NCBI RefSeq assembly: GCF_026391055.1
Contig: NZ_JAPLET010000022.1
Location: 647,648 to 711,647, forward strand
From: Spirosoma sp.
GTDB taxonomy: Bacteria; Bacteroidota; Bacteroidia; Cytophagales; Spirosomataceae
DNA length: 64,000 bases
Direction of reading: 5' to 3'
This document shows, piece by piece, positions 19,615 through 28,949 of this stretch. Numbering within the stretch: the stretch's first letter is position 1; each line of letters starts with the position of its first letter. The translations under genes were made by a program, and so were the position numbers. Under the pieces are notes generated by a model that was given only the letters and a program-made list of their open reading frames with translations, did not search any database and was not told the DNA's origin.

Positions 19615-21525
19615 CTACACCACGCCTTCTTTGATTTCCTCGACTACAGCAGGGTCGAGTAAAGTCGACGTATCTCCCAAACTCCCAAGTTCACCTTCGG
19701 CTATCTTGCGCAGAATCCGACGCATGATCTTTCCGGAACGCGTTTTCGGCAGACCAGCCACGAACTGAATTTTATCTGGTTTGGCGATGGGACCAATGAT
19801 TCGGCTCACGGTAGCCAGAATATCCCGCTTCATCAGATCGGTGTCATTGTCGACAGGGGCCTGATCAATAATAACATAGGCATAGATTCCCTGCCCTTTA
19901 ATATCATGTGGATACCCGACTACAGCACTTTCAACCACACCCGTGTGCATGTTGATGGCATTTTCGACTTCAGCGGTTCCAATTCGGTGCCCGGACACGT
20001 TCAACACGTCATCCACCCGCCCGGTGATCCGATAATAACCATCCTCATCCCGCAGGCAGCCATCACCGGTAAAATATAATCCCGGATAGGTGGCGAAATA
20101 GGTCTGCTTGCATCGGTCGTGGTCGCCGTAAGTTGTCCGGAGCATACCAGGCCAGGGGAACTTGATACACAGATTACCGCTCACGCCGTTTCCTTCGATC
20201 TCTTTACCGTTTTCATCGACCAAAATGGGTTGAACGCCCGGTAACGGCAGGGTTGCGTAAGCGGGTTTTAACGGTGTGACATTGGCAATGGGTGAAATCA
20301 TCAGGCCACCAGTTTCCGTTTGCCACCAAGTGTCGACAATCGGGCAGCGGTTTTTGCCAATGTTGTCATCATACCAATGCCAGGCCTCTTCATTGATAGG
20401 CTCACCCACGGAGCCGAGTACCTCCAGGCTGCTCAGATCATGGTTCACAACCTTATCCAGCCCAAAGCTCATCAGCGACCGGATGGCGGTGGGTGCCGTG
20501 TAGAGGATGTTAACCGCGTGCTTGTCGACAATGTCCCAGAAACGACCGGCATCAGGCCAGGTGGGGACGCCTTCAAATAACAGTGACGTGGCGCCACAGG
20601 CTAACGGACCATAAACGATGTAGCTATGTCCGGTAATCCAGCCAATGTCGGCTGTGCAGAAATGTACCTGCGGACCCGTCCGACCGTCCTGCTTATACTG
20701 GAATACGTTCTGGAAGGTATAGGCTGCATAAACCATGTATCCACCAATCGTATGCACCACGCCTTTGGGCTTTCCGGTTGAGCCGGAAGTGTACAGGATA
20801 AAGAGAATATCTTCGGCGTCCATCTCTTCGGCCGGGCAATGCGCAGTGACCTGTTTTAGCTCCTGCTCCATCCACACATCGCGGCCCTTAAACATGGCAA
20901 TGGGCGTGCGGGTACGGGTCATAACAATAACCCGCTGCACACTGGGGCAGCCAATCAGGGCATCGTCGACCGTTCCTTTAAGCGTAATTTCCTTGTTTCC
21001 ACGGTAAGCTCCGTCGGCGGTGATCACGAGCTTGCACTGCGCGTCATTGATTCGGTCGGCAATGGACTGGGCCGAGAACCCGCCGAATACAACGGAATGT
21101 ATGGCACCGATTCGGGCACAGGCCAGCACGGATATGGCCAGCTCAGGAACCATAGGAAGGTAGATACACACCCGATCGCCTTTCTGAACGCCGTTGCGCT
21201 TGAGCACATTGGCCATCCGGCATACCTGGTCATGCAGCATTCGGTACGTAAGCGTACTACTGGCTTCGTGCGGGTCGTTGGGTTCCCAGATGATAGCAGG
21301 CTGGTCGCCACGAGTTGCCAGATGACGGTCCAGGCAATTTTCGGTGATATTCAGTTTGCCCCCAACGAACCACTTTATAGTAGGTTCTGTGAAATTCCAC
21401 TGAAGCGTTTTCTTCCACGGTTTACGCCAGTGAAATTCCTGGGCAATTTCGGCCCAGAATGATTCTGGGTCGTCGACACTGTGTTTGTAAGCCGCCTGGT
21501 ACTCGTCAAAAGTTTTAATTACCAT
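19615..21525 (-). CDS. acs: Acetyl-CoA synthetase (AMP-forming)
   Basis: 636-aa ORF. Motifs 'YTSGSTGKPKG', 'WWQTETGG', 'DDVLNVSGHRIGTAEVE'. C-terminal 'PKTRSGKIMRR' contains the regulatory acetyl-lysine position. Confidence 0.97.
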   Translation of the reverse strand: MVIKTFDEYQAAYKHSVDDPESFWAEIAQEFHWRKPWKKTLQWNFTEPTIKWFVGGKLNITENCLDRHLATRGDQPAIIWEPNDPHEASSTLTYRMLHDQVCRMANVLKRNGVQKGDRVCIYLPMVPELAISVLACARIGAIHSVVFGGFSAQSIADRINDAQCKLVITADGAYRGNKEITLKGTVDDALIGCPSVQRVIVMTRTRTPIAMFKGRDVWMEQELKQVTAHCPAEEMDAEDILFILYTSGSTGKPKGVVHTIGGYMVYAAYTFQNVFQYKQDGRTGPQVHFCTADIGWITGHSYIVYGPLACGATSLLFEGVPTWPDAGRFWDIVDKHAVNILYTAPTAIRSLMSFGLDKVVNHDLSSLEVLGSVGEPINEEAWHWYDDNIGKNRCPIVDTWWQTETGGLMISPIANVTPLKPAYATLPLPGVQPILVDENGKEIEGNGVSGNLCIKFPWPGMLRTTYGDHDRCKQTYFATYPGLYFTGDGCLRDEDGYYRITGRVDDVLNVSGHRIGTAEVENAINMHTGVVESAVVGYPHDIKGQGIYAYVIIDQAPVDNDTDLMKRDILATVSRIIGPIAKPDKIQFVAGLPKTRSGKIMRRILRKIAEGELGSLGDTSTLLDPAVVEEIKEGVV

Positions 21526-21575
21526 GGGTAGTGAATGTAGTAGAACGGGGTAAGAAAAGTATAAGGATCTCTTGT

Positions 21576-23492
21576 TTAATCAATTTCGAACGACTGACCG
21601 ATTCTGCGCCTGACCAATGCGTCTTTTATCTCGTCCAGAATCAGTGGATCATCAATAGTAGCCGGGGTTGTGTAGACTTCGCCATCCGCTATGTTCCGGA
21701 TGATCTTCCGGAGAATCTTACCGGACCGGGTCTTCGGTAATCGTTTCACTGTCAGCGCATTTCGAAAACAGGCGACCGCTCCGATCTGATCGCGGATGAG
21801 CGTTACCAATTCCGTTTCAAGGGTTGCCTCCTTGGTTTTATACCCGTCTTTCAGGACAATAAATCCAACGGGGCGCTGTCCCCGCAACGGGCAGACAATG
21901 CCTACCACGGCACATTCGGCAACGGCAGGATGACTGCTCACAATCTCTTCCATTTCACCGGTCGACAAGCGGTGTCCGGCTACGTTTATCACGTCGTCGA
22001 CGCGTCCCATGATAAAGACATAGCCTTCTTCATCAACATAACCGCCATCGCCCGACAGGTAGTAGCCGGGGAACCGGCTCAGGTAGGAAGCCCGGAACCG
22101 CGCATCGTCCTGCCAGAGCGATGGTAGGCAACCGGGCGGAAGGGGTAGTTTAAGGCAAACCAATCCCATTTCATGTGGACCTAGCTGCTGCCCGTCTTCA
22201 TCCAGAATCTGTAAATCATAACCACAAACAGGTTTGGTAGCCGAGCCGGGCTTCACCGGCAGCTGCTCTATTCCCAGCGGATCTGCCACCATAGGCCAGC
22301 CCGATTCGGTTTGCCACCAGTGGTCGATGACGGGCACGTGAACAATAGATTGCAGCCATTGAAGGGTTGGCGGGTCGCACCGCTCCCCAGCCACGAATAC
22401 ACTTTGCAGGGATGACAGATCGTAGTTACGGCTGAGTACGGCCTCAGGATCTTCTTTTTTAATGGCCCGAAATGCAGTGGGCGCGGTGAACAACACATTG
22501 ACCCCGTAGGTCTGCACTACCCGCCAGAATGTACCGGCATCGGGCGTTCGAACGGGTTTTCCTTCCAGAATAACCGATGTACAGCCCTGCAGCAGCGGCC
22601 CATAAACCGAATAGCTATGCCCAACCGCCCAGCCAAAATCAGACGCGGTAAACATCACCTGTCCGGGCTGTAGATTATACACCGCCTGCATACTGTATTT
22701 AATAGCGACGGCATGGCCACCATTGTCGCGCACGATCCCTTTTGGCTTGCCGGTAGTACCGGACGTATACAAAATATAGAGCGGGTCGGTCGCTTTGACG
22801 GGCACACAGTCGGCGGGTTGCGCCTGACTGACCAGCAACTGCCAGTCATGATCCCGGCCTATTTGCAGCTCGGCGGCACATTGCGGGCGCTGCAAAATTA
22901 GGCAATGCTCGGGTTGGAAGCTGGCCCGCTGGAGGGCATCATTCAACAAGGGTTTGTAAGGAATAACTGTCGTAAACTCAATACCACAGGATGCGGACAA
23001 AACAACTTTGGGCCGGGCGTCGTCAATACGCAGCGCCAGTTCGTGGGGTGCGAAACCACCAAACACGACCGAATGAATAGCCCCTAACCGGGCACAGGCC
23101 AGCATGCCAAAGGCCGTTTCGGGAACCATCGGCATGTAAATCACGACTGTATCGCCTTTTGTAACGCCCAATGCCTGCAATACTCCGGCCAGCCGGGCCA
23201 CTTCATCGCGCAATTCTCGGTAAGTAAACTGCCGGATGGTATTCGTAACGGGCGAATCATGAATGAGGGCTACCTGATCGGCCCGGCCATTCTCGATGTG
23301 GTAATCAAGAGCGGCATAACAGGTATTGAGCTGCCCATCCATAAACCAGCGCATCAGGCCATTTTCATCGGTCGATAGGATTTGCGCGGGCGGGGTAAAC
23401 CAGGGGATATTCCTGGCTTGCTCAGCCCAGAACGCTTCCGGATGAGTCAGGCTGTACTGGTGCCAGTCGGTATAGGTAAGGGGTAGATTCAT
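21576..23492 (-). CDS. prpE: Propionyl-CoA synthetase-like short-chain acyl-CoA synthetase
   Basis: 638-aa ORF. 'RIDDARPKVVLSASCGIE...IPYKPLLNDAL', 'YTSGTTGKPKG', 'VPVIDHWWQTESGWP', 'DDVINVAGHRLSTGEMEE' and 'PKTRSGKILRK' closely track E. coli PrpE. Confidence 0.82.
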   Translation of the reverse strand: MNLPLTYTDWHQYSLTHPEAFWAEQARNIPWFTPPAQILSTDENGLMRWFMDGQLNTCYAALDYHIENGRADQVALIHDSPVTNTIRQFTYRELRDEVARLAGVLQALGVTKGDTVVIYMPMVPETAFGMLACARLGAIHSVVFGGFAPHELALRIDDARPKVVLSASCGIEFTTVIPYKPLLNDALQRASFQPEHCLILQRPQCAAELQIGRDHDWQLLVSQAQPADCVPVKATDPLYILYTSGTTGKPKGIVRDNGGHAVAIKYSMQAVYNLQPGQVMFTASDFGWAVGHSYSVYGPLLQGCTSVILEGKPVRTPDAGTFWRVVQTYGVNVLFTAPTAFRAIKKEDPEAVLSRNYDLSSLQSVFVAGERCDPPTLQWLQSIVHVPVIDHWWQTESGWPMVADPLGIEQLPVKPGSATKPVCGYDLQILDEDGQQLGPHEMGLVCLKLPLPPGCLPSLWQDDARFRASYLSRFPGYYLSGDGGYVDEEGYVFIMGRVDDVINVAGHRLSTGEMEEIVSSHPAVAECAVVGIVCPLRGQRPVGFIVLKDGYKTKEATLETELVTLIRDQIGAVACFRNALTVKRLPKTRSGKILRKIIRNIADGEVYTTPATIDDPLILDEIKDALVRRRIGQSFEID

Positions 23493-23556
23493 AGCTGAAA
23501 GCGTCCGTTTGGCGAGGTCGGTAGGGTTTTACAGATTGCCGTTGCCAGCAAACTCA

Positions 23557-23928
23557 TCATATCTTCGGCAGTATGTTCAACTCGTTGACTTTAGCGATCA
23601 GCTCGCGGGTAGAGAATGGTTTGGGGATATACAGGTTAGCACCCAGGTCAAGTCCTTTCTGTATATCCTTCTCCTTACTCTTTGCACTCAGAAAAATCAC
23701 TTTACAATGCTGGTAATCGGGTGATTGCTTAACAAAGCGGCATACTTCGTAGCCATCGACCCGCGCCATCATTACGTCAAGAATCAGTAGATCAGGCACT
23801 TCCTGGCGAATAATATCGAAAGCTTCGTCGCCATCACGGGCAATAAACACGCGGTATCCTTCTTTTTTCATCAGGAATTCCAGGGAGAGCAGAATACTCG
23901 GCTCGTCGTCAACAATCAGCACCTTCAT
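23557..23928 (-). CDS. Single-domain response regulator (receiver only, CheY-like)
   Basis: 123-aa ORF. 'VLIVDDEP', phospho-acceptor context 'LLILDVMM', 'FLSAK', 'IPKPF'. No output domain. Confidence 0.9.
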   Translation of the reverse strand: MKVLIVDDEPSILLSLEFLMKKEGYRVFIARDGDEAFDIIRQEVPDLLILDVMMARVDGYEVCRFVKQSPDYQHCKVIFLSAKSKEKDIQKGLDLGANLYIPKPFSTRELIAKVNELNILPKI

Positions 23929-24012
23929 AATGAGTTGAAATGATTTTGGCTAAAATAAGGAGTAAATGGCCTTTATCTTACCCTAATTTCCCGTTCCCAT
24001 CAAAACCAGTCT

Positions 24013-26733
24013 TTATTCACAGGTAGGCAGCGAACAGGTAAATTCAGCCCCTTCTCCGGGCACACTGTTAACCGTAATTTGCCCATAATGCAACGCAATG
24101 ATCTTTTTTGTAATTGCCAGACCCAGTCCGCTTCCCTTGGGCTTTCGTAGTGTCTGGTTATTTGCCTGATAAAATTTTTCAAAAATGAGTTGCTGTACGT
24201 CCGGCTCAATACCAACACCGTTATCGCGGACGGTCAGGTTAACTCGTTCATCACGGAGCGTCAAACAAACTGTAACATGACCGGTATCAGCCGGTGAGAA
24301 CTTGATAGCGTTGGAAAGCAGATTGATCAGCACCTGCATCAGTCGGTCGCGATCACCATCCACAAAAGGTTGTGCCTGTGTGGGGCAGATCTCCAGCGTT
24401 ACCTGTTTATCACGCGCTAACTGCGCCACATTCTCGACGGCCTCGGCCACTAAATCGACCATCGCAATTCGTTCAGTACTCAAGTGATATCGACCGGAAT
24501 CGTACCGCTCCAAATCAAGTACCTGGTTAATGAGCCGGGAAAGTCTCTCCGTTTCCCGAATAACCCGGCTCAGAAACTCCTGTCTCATGGACTCATCCAT
24601 GTCCGCCTGATCGTGCAGAATTTCCGACAACGCCCGAATCGACGTCAGGGGTGTTCTGATTTCGTGCGTAACGGTCGAGACAAAATCATCCTTCTGCTCA
24701 TCGGACTGTTTAAGCCGTTCGTTGGCCAGACTTAGCTGCTGGGTCATCTGCTGTAACTCGGCCGATTTGCGCGTCAGCTTCTTGTTAACCATCATCAATT
24801 CCTGCGAGGCCTTCAGAATATGAATCACCTCATCCACAGAAAGCGGCTCTTCGTTCGCCACCGACGACACCAGGATACGCGCTGAGGCCGTTCCAATAGC
24901 GCCCGCCAGCCATTTTTCGGCATACGCCACCAACCTTGGATCGGCGTAGGCACTGCCAGCCTCCAGCTGGTTGCGCTGAATATACCGATCAAGCGCCCGC
25001 TGGGTGGCTTCTTTCCCGAAAAAGGTATTCAGTAACGACCGCAAATCAGTGGTTAAGGCCTGCCCATTCCAGGGCGTCGTTTGCTCCGTAGTACGCGAAA
25101 AATGAAATACATCGACGAATAAATTGGCCTGCGACTGGTCGAGTGCCCGCTGTGACCAATTTAGCGACCCCCAGATGTACCCGCCAATGTTGAAAAACAT
25201 CGACCAGAACAACGCGTGTGCTATGGGGTCGAGCCCCGTAAGACCGAGCAATTCGTATGGTTTCAGAAAAGTCAGGCCTAATGGTCCTTCGCTAATAAAG
25301 GTGTCGGGCAGCAGGCCAGCCGTCACCAGCGAGGGAGCGATTAAGGTGTATACCCAAATCAGTGCGCCCATCAGCAGCCCAAGTTTGGCCCCATAGCGGG
25401 AACCCCGTTTCCAGAACAATCCACCAATCATGGCGGGCGTAAACTGGGCCACCGCAACGAATGAGATAACCCCAACCGACACCAGAGAGAAATGGTTGGC
25501 TACATAATGGTAGTACACATAGGCCAGCAACAATAAGCCCACGATGGTTACCCGCCGGATGGTAATTACCAGACCCCTTCGCGAAGGAGTTCCGGACGGT
25601 GGATCAAATCGGGCCAGCCAACCGGGTCGACTTACCAGTAAAGGCATCACCACGTTGTTGCTGATCATGACGCTCAGCGCAATCGTCTCAACGATGATCA
25701 TACTCGTTGCCGCCGAAAAGCCGCCAATATAGCCCAACAGAGCCAGGTTGGTTTGCCCATACTGTAGCGGCAGCGACAATACATAATTGTCGGCGTCGAC
25801 CAGCGGACCAAGCATCAGCTTACCGGCAAACATCAGCGGCAGTACGAACAGGTTTATCAGAAACAGATACAACGGAAAGAGCCACATAGCTTTGTTCAGG
25901 TGCTTTTCATCCACATTTTCGACAACGGCTACCTGAAATTGCCGGGGCAGAAACAGAACGGCCATCATGGATAAACAGGAATACCAGAACCAGTTGGTCG
26001 TGGAGGCCGATGAACTGAACGTAAACAGACGGGCCAGTGAAGGGGCAGCCGCAGCCCGCGTAAAAAGATCGGCTGGTCCGTTGAACAGAAAGAACGTGGC
26101 AAAGACCCCGATTGACAAAAAAGCGATCAGCTTAATCACCGACTCAAACGCAATGGCCGTTACCAATCCTTCGTGCCGCTCAGTAGCTTCCAGCTTCCGC
26201 GTACCAAACAAAATAGTGAATAACGCCAACACCAGACTGATTACCAGCGCCTGAGTACTTAGAAAAGAAGCCGACGTTCCGCTCACTGAATGGCCAGTCA
26301 TCACCGCAAAACTGGTCGTGACAGCTTTCAGCTGAATGGATATGTACGGTACGGCCCCCATTACGCAGAGTACGGTTGCCATTACGCCCAACAGTCGGCT
26401 TTTCCCGTACCGCGACGAGATAAAATCGGCAATACTGGTGATGCGCTGCGTTTTGCAAATCCGGATAATTTTACGCTGGATAGTCCACCACAGGGGTGCA
26501 CCAACCGTTGGGCCGATGTAAGCCGTCAGGTACTCGATACCCTCAGAAGCAGCCCGTCCAACACTCCCGTAAAATGTCCAGGCTGTACAATACACAGAAA
26601 TAGACAACGCATATAGGTACGGATTGTTGACCAAGCTCCTACCCGTTTGCGGGCGGTTTTCGGCCCAGTAGGCTACTCCGAACAACAAACACAGGTACAA
26701 CAAAGAGCAAACGACCAGAGCGAGACTATTCAT
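24013..26733 (-). CDS. Sodium:solute symporter (SLC5/SSS)-domain-fused sensor histidine kinase (CrbS/CbrA-like architecture)
   Basis: 906-aa ORF. About 13 TM helices in the first ~520 aa, then a helical linker and coiled coil. H-box 'STVTHEIRTPLTSI', N-box 'LLSNAIKFSP', 'DNGVGI', 'GSGLGLAI'. Confidence 0.9.
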   Translation of the reverse strand: MNSLALVVCSLLYLCLLFGVAYWAENRPQTGRSLVNNPYLYALSISVYCTAWTFYGSVGRAASEGIEYLTAYIGPTVGAPLWWTIQRKIIRICKTQRITSIADFISSRYGKSRLLGVMATVLCVMGAVPYISIQLKAVTTSFAVMTGHSVSGTSASFLSTQALVISLVLALFTILFGTRKLEATERHEGLVTAIAFESVIKLIAFLSIGVFATFFLFNGPADLFTRAAAAPSLARLFTFSSSASTTNWFWYSCLSMMAVLFLPRQFQVAVVENVDEKHLNKAMWLFPLYLFLINLFVLPLMFAGKLMLGPLVDADNYVLSLPLQYGQTNLALLGYIGGFSAATSMIIVETIALSVMISNNVVMPLLVSRPGWLARFDPPSGTPSRRGLVITIRRVTIVGLLLLAYVYYHYVANHFSLVSVGVISFVAVAQFTPAMIGGLFWKRGSRYGAKLGLLMGALIWVYTLIAPSLVTAGLLPDTFISEGPLGLTFLKPYELLGLTGLDPIAHALFWSMFFNIGGYIWGSLNWSQRALDQSQANLFVDVFHFSRTTEQTTPWNGQALTTDLRSLLNTFFGKEATQRALDRYIQRNQLEAGSAYADPRLVAYAEKWLAGAIGTASARILVSSVANEEPLSVDEVIHILKASQELMMVNKKLTRKSAELQQMTQQLSLANERLKQSDEQKDDFVSTVTHEIRTPLTSIRALSEILHDQADMDESMRQEFLSRVIRETERLSRLINQVLDLERYDSGRYHLSTERIAMVDLVAEAVENVAQLARDKQVTLEICPTQAQPFVDGDRDRLMQVLINLLSNAIKFSPADTGHVTVCLTLRDERVNLTVRDNGVGIEPDVQQLIFEKFYQANNQTLRKPKGSGLGLAITKKIIALHYGQITVNSVPGEGAEFTCSLPTCE

Positions 26734-26938
26734 GGGAAGTCGGCGAATCGTCGGAGTTGCGTGTACGGTGAATTAACCAGCCGATACCTCCAATTAAACT
26801 TGCCCATACAGTAAACACGTATAAATAAAGGACCGGAATACCCAGTACCCGCTCAGGTCGGTTTGCTATTGCGAGAATCGGACTATTCAGCAACAGCATG
26901 AATAACATACTGATTAGTAAAAGTCGACTTTCTTTCAT
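26726..26938 (-). CDS. Two-TM micro-protein resembling the DUF3311-type small partner of SSS transporters
   Basis: 70-aa ORF whose stop overlaps the kinase start by 8 nt. 'ANRPERVLGIPVLYLYVFTVW' resembles the N-R-x-E-P...G-x-P...W core as I recall it for DUF3311. Confidence 0.5.
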   Translation of the reverse strand: MKESRLLLISMLFMLLLNSPILAIANRPERVLGIPVLYLYVFTVWASLIGGIGWLIHRTRNSDDSPTSHE

Positions 26939-26961
26939 GGTATGAAGTACCGGCCAGCCTT

Positions 26962-27180
26962 TTACTCTTCGTCGTAATCGCCAGCGAGTGCGTACCGGCC
27001 AAAGGTGATTAAACCACCAACCACTATAGGCACCAGTACCAGTAAAACCACCCAGCCAAAAACGTTATCTTCCAGTTTTTCGCTGGCAATTTTGACTAAG
27101 CTGTCCAGAATTCGGTCGTAGGCAACGAGTAAGCCCAGTAAAATCCAGACAAAGCCCATGTATTTTTTTATCGCTTTCAT
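26962..27180 (-). CDS. Two-TM micro-protein (hypothetical)
   Basis: 72-aa ORF with two hydrophobic helices and an acidic C-terminus (GDYDEE). It lies between the MFS gene and the sensor-kinase genes. Confidence 0.45.
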   Translation of the reverse strand: MKAIKKYMGFVWILLGLLVAYDRILDSLVKIASEKLEDNVFGWVVLLVLVPIVVGGLITFGRYALAGDYDEE

Positions 27181-27313
27181 ATCTTTTAAGGCTTAGAAGA
27201 AGCCAGCGGCTGCCGGCCTCTGTTTACGTGAGAATTGAGTTAAATTTCATCTGGCAGAAACAGACATCTGCCAGGCCCATTGTTTAATATTTTCCACCTC
27301 TGAAGTCAGGCCA

Positions 27314-28900
27314 TTAGTCGCGCTCGACGGCCTTGGCGCGGTTACTCAGGTAAAGCAGGCCAATCACAAAGGACACACTAGCCACAATAATCGGGTACCA
27401 GAGTCCTTCCAGATAGGCTTTGGAAACAACGGGAGCCGCACCGGCCGCAGCAGCAGTTTCATTCGCCTTCGTAGCGGTGGCCACCAACGCCGTAGCAATA
27501 AAGGGGACCAACCCACCAAAAACACCGTTGCCAATATGATAAGGCAACGACATGGAGGTGTAACGAATCCGGGTTGGAAACAACTCAACCAGAAAGGCGG
27601 CTATCGGGCCATATACCATCGTTACGTACAACACCTGAAGCAGCACCAGAAGAATCATTACCATTAAATCACCCGTCGACATCGTCACCGATTTAACCAC
27701 CTCGGGTTTAGACCTCTCCACTGACGCATCGGCCAGAACGGTCTGTTTCGACACTTCCTTGTAAGCGGTACCATCGGCGAAGGCTTTGGTCGTCGTAGTG
27801 GTAATCAGCGAATCGGCCGTATTCGCTATCAACGCTTTTTTAACGTCTACTTTCGTCTGTTCAGTCAATTCCTGTTTGGCCTTTAAATCCGTCAGGCTGT
27901 ACATCTTCTCGTAAATGGGCCGGTAGGTCAGAATGCCCAGCGCCATACCGGCCAGCATGATGCCTTTCCGACCAATTTTATCCGACAGACCACCAAATAT
28001 TACGAAGAAGGGTGTGGCAATCAGCAGGGCCACCGCCACGACAATATTGGATTGAACAAATTCGACATTACAGGCTTTCTGTATAAACGACAGGGCATAA
28101 AATTGACCTGTATACCAGATAACGCCTTGCCCCATGGTAGCCCCAAACAAGGCCAGTAAGACCATTTTCAGGTTTTCGCGCTTGCCGAAGCTCTCGGCCA
28201 GTGGGTTTTTGGATGTTTTCCCTTCTGATTTCAGCTTGGTAAATACCGGCGACTCCGACATTTTCAGGCGTATATAAATAGACACCCCTACCAATAATGC
28301 CGATAACACAAACGGTATCCGCCAGCCCCATTTGGCAAAATCCTCAACGCCCACCAGTTGTCGGGTAGCAACGATCACCCCCAGCGATACAAACAGACCC
28401 AGCGTTGCCGTTGTCTGTATAAAACTGGTGTAGTATCCCCGGCGGCCTTCGGGAGCATACTCGGCTACGTAAGTGGCCGCCCCCCCGTATTCGCCACCCA
28501 GTGCGAGACCCTGTATCAGGCGAAGCAGAAGCACGAGTAGCGGTGCCCAGAAGCCGATGGTTTCATAACCGGGAATCAGACCAATAAAAAACGTCGATCC
28601 GCCCATCAGCACCAGCGTGACCAGAAATGTATATTTCCGGCCAACCAGGTCGCCTAACCGGCCAAAAACCAGCGCTCCGAACGGACGCACGATGAAACCG
28701 GCAGCAAACGTCGCCAGCGTTGACAGCAGAGCGGCTGTTGGATTATCTTTCGGAAAAAACTGCGTTGACAGAATAGCGGCCAAGCTGCCAAAGATGTAAA
28801 AATCGTACCATTCAATGAGGGTTCCCAGCGAAGAGGCACCAATTACACTCAACAATGTTTTGGTACCGGCTACCGATTTGGGGGTTTGTTCTACTATCAT
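27314..28900 (-). CDS. MFS transporter, metabolite:H+ symporter (MHS) family
   Basis: 528-aa ORF. 'WYDFYIFG', MFS motif A 'GRLGDLVGRKYTF', 'LGGEYGGAATYVAEYAP'. Large central cytoplasmic loop. Confidence 0.9.
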   Translation of the reverse strand: MIVEQTPKSVAGTKTLLSVIGASSLGTLIEWYDFYIFGSLAAILSTQFFPKDNPTAALLSTLATFAAGFIVRPFGALVFGRLGDLVGRKYTFLVTLVLMGGSTFFIGLIPGYETIGFWAPLLVLLLRLIQGLALGGEYGGAATYVAEYAPEGRRGYYTSFIQTTATLGLFVSLGVIVATRQLVGVEDFAKWGWRIPFVLSALLVGVSIYIRLKMSESPVFTKLKSEGKTSKNPLAESFGKRENLKMVLLALFGATMGQGVIWYTGQFYALSFIQKACNVEFVQSNIVVAVALLIATPFFVIFGGLSDKIGRKGIMLAGMALGILTYRPIYEKMYSLTDLKAKQELTEQTKVDVKKALIANTADSLITTTTTKAFADGTAYKEVSKQTVLADASVERSKPEVVKSVTMSTGDLMVMILLVLLQVLYVTMVYGPIAAFLVELFPTRIRYTSMSLPYHIGNGVFGGLVPFIATALVATATKANETAAAAGAAPVVSKAYLEGLWYPIIVASVSFVIGLLYLSNRAKAVERD

Positions 28901-28949
28901 TTTTTATTTAGGTATTGAGGGTTTGGAATTCATATGTAAAATAGAGCTT

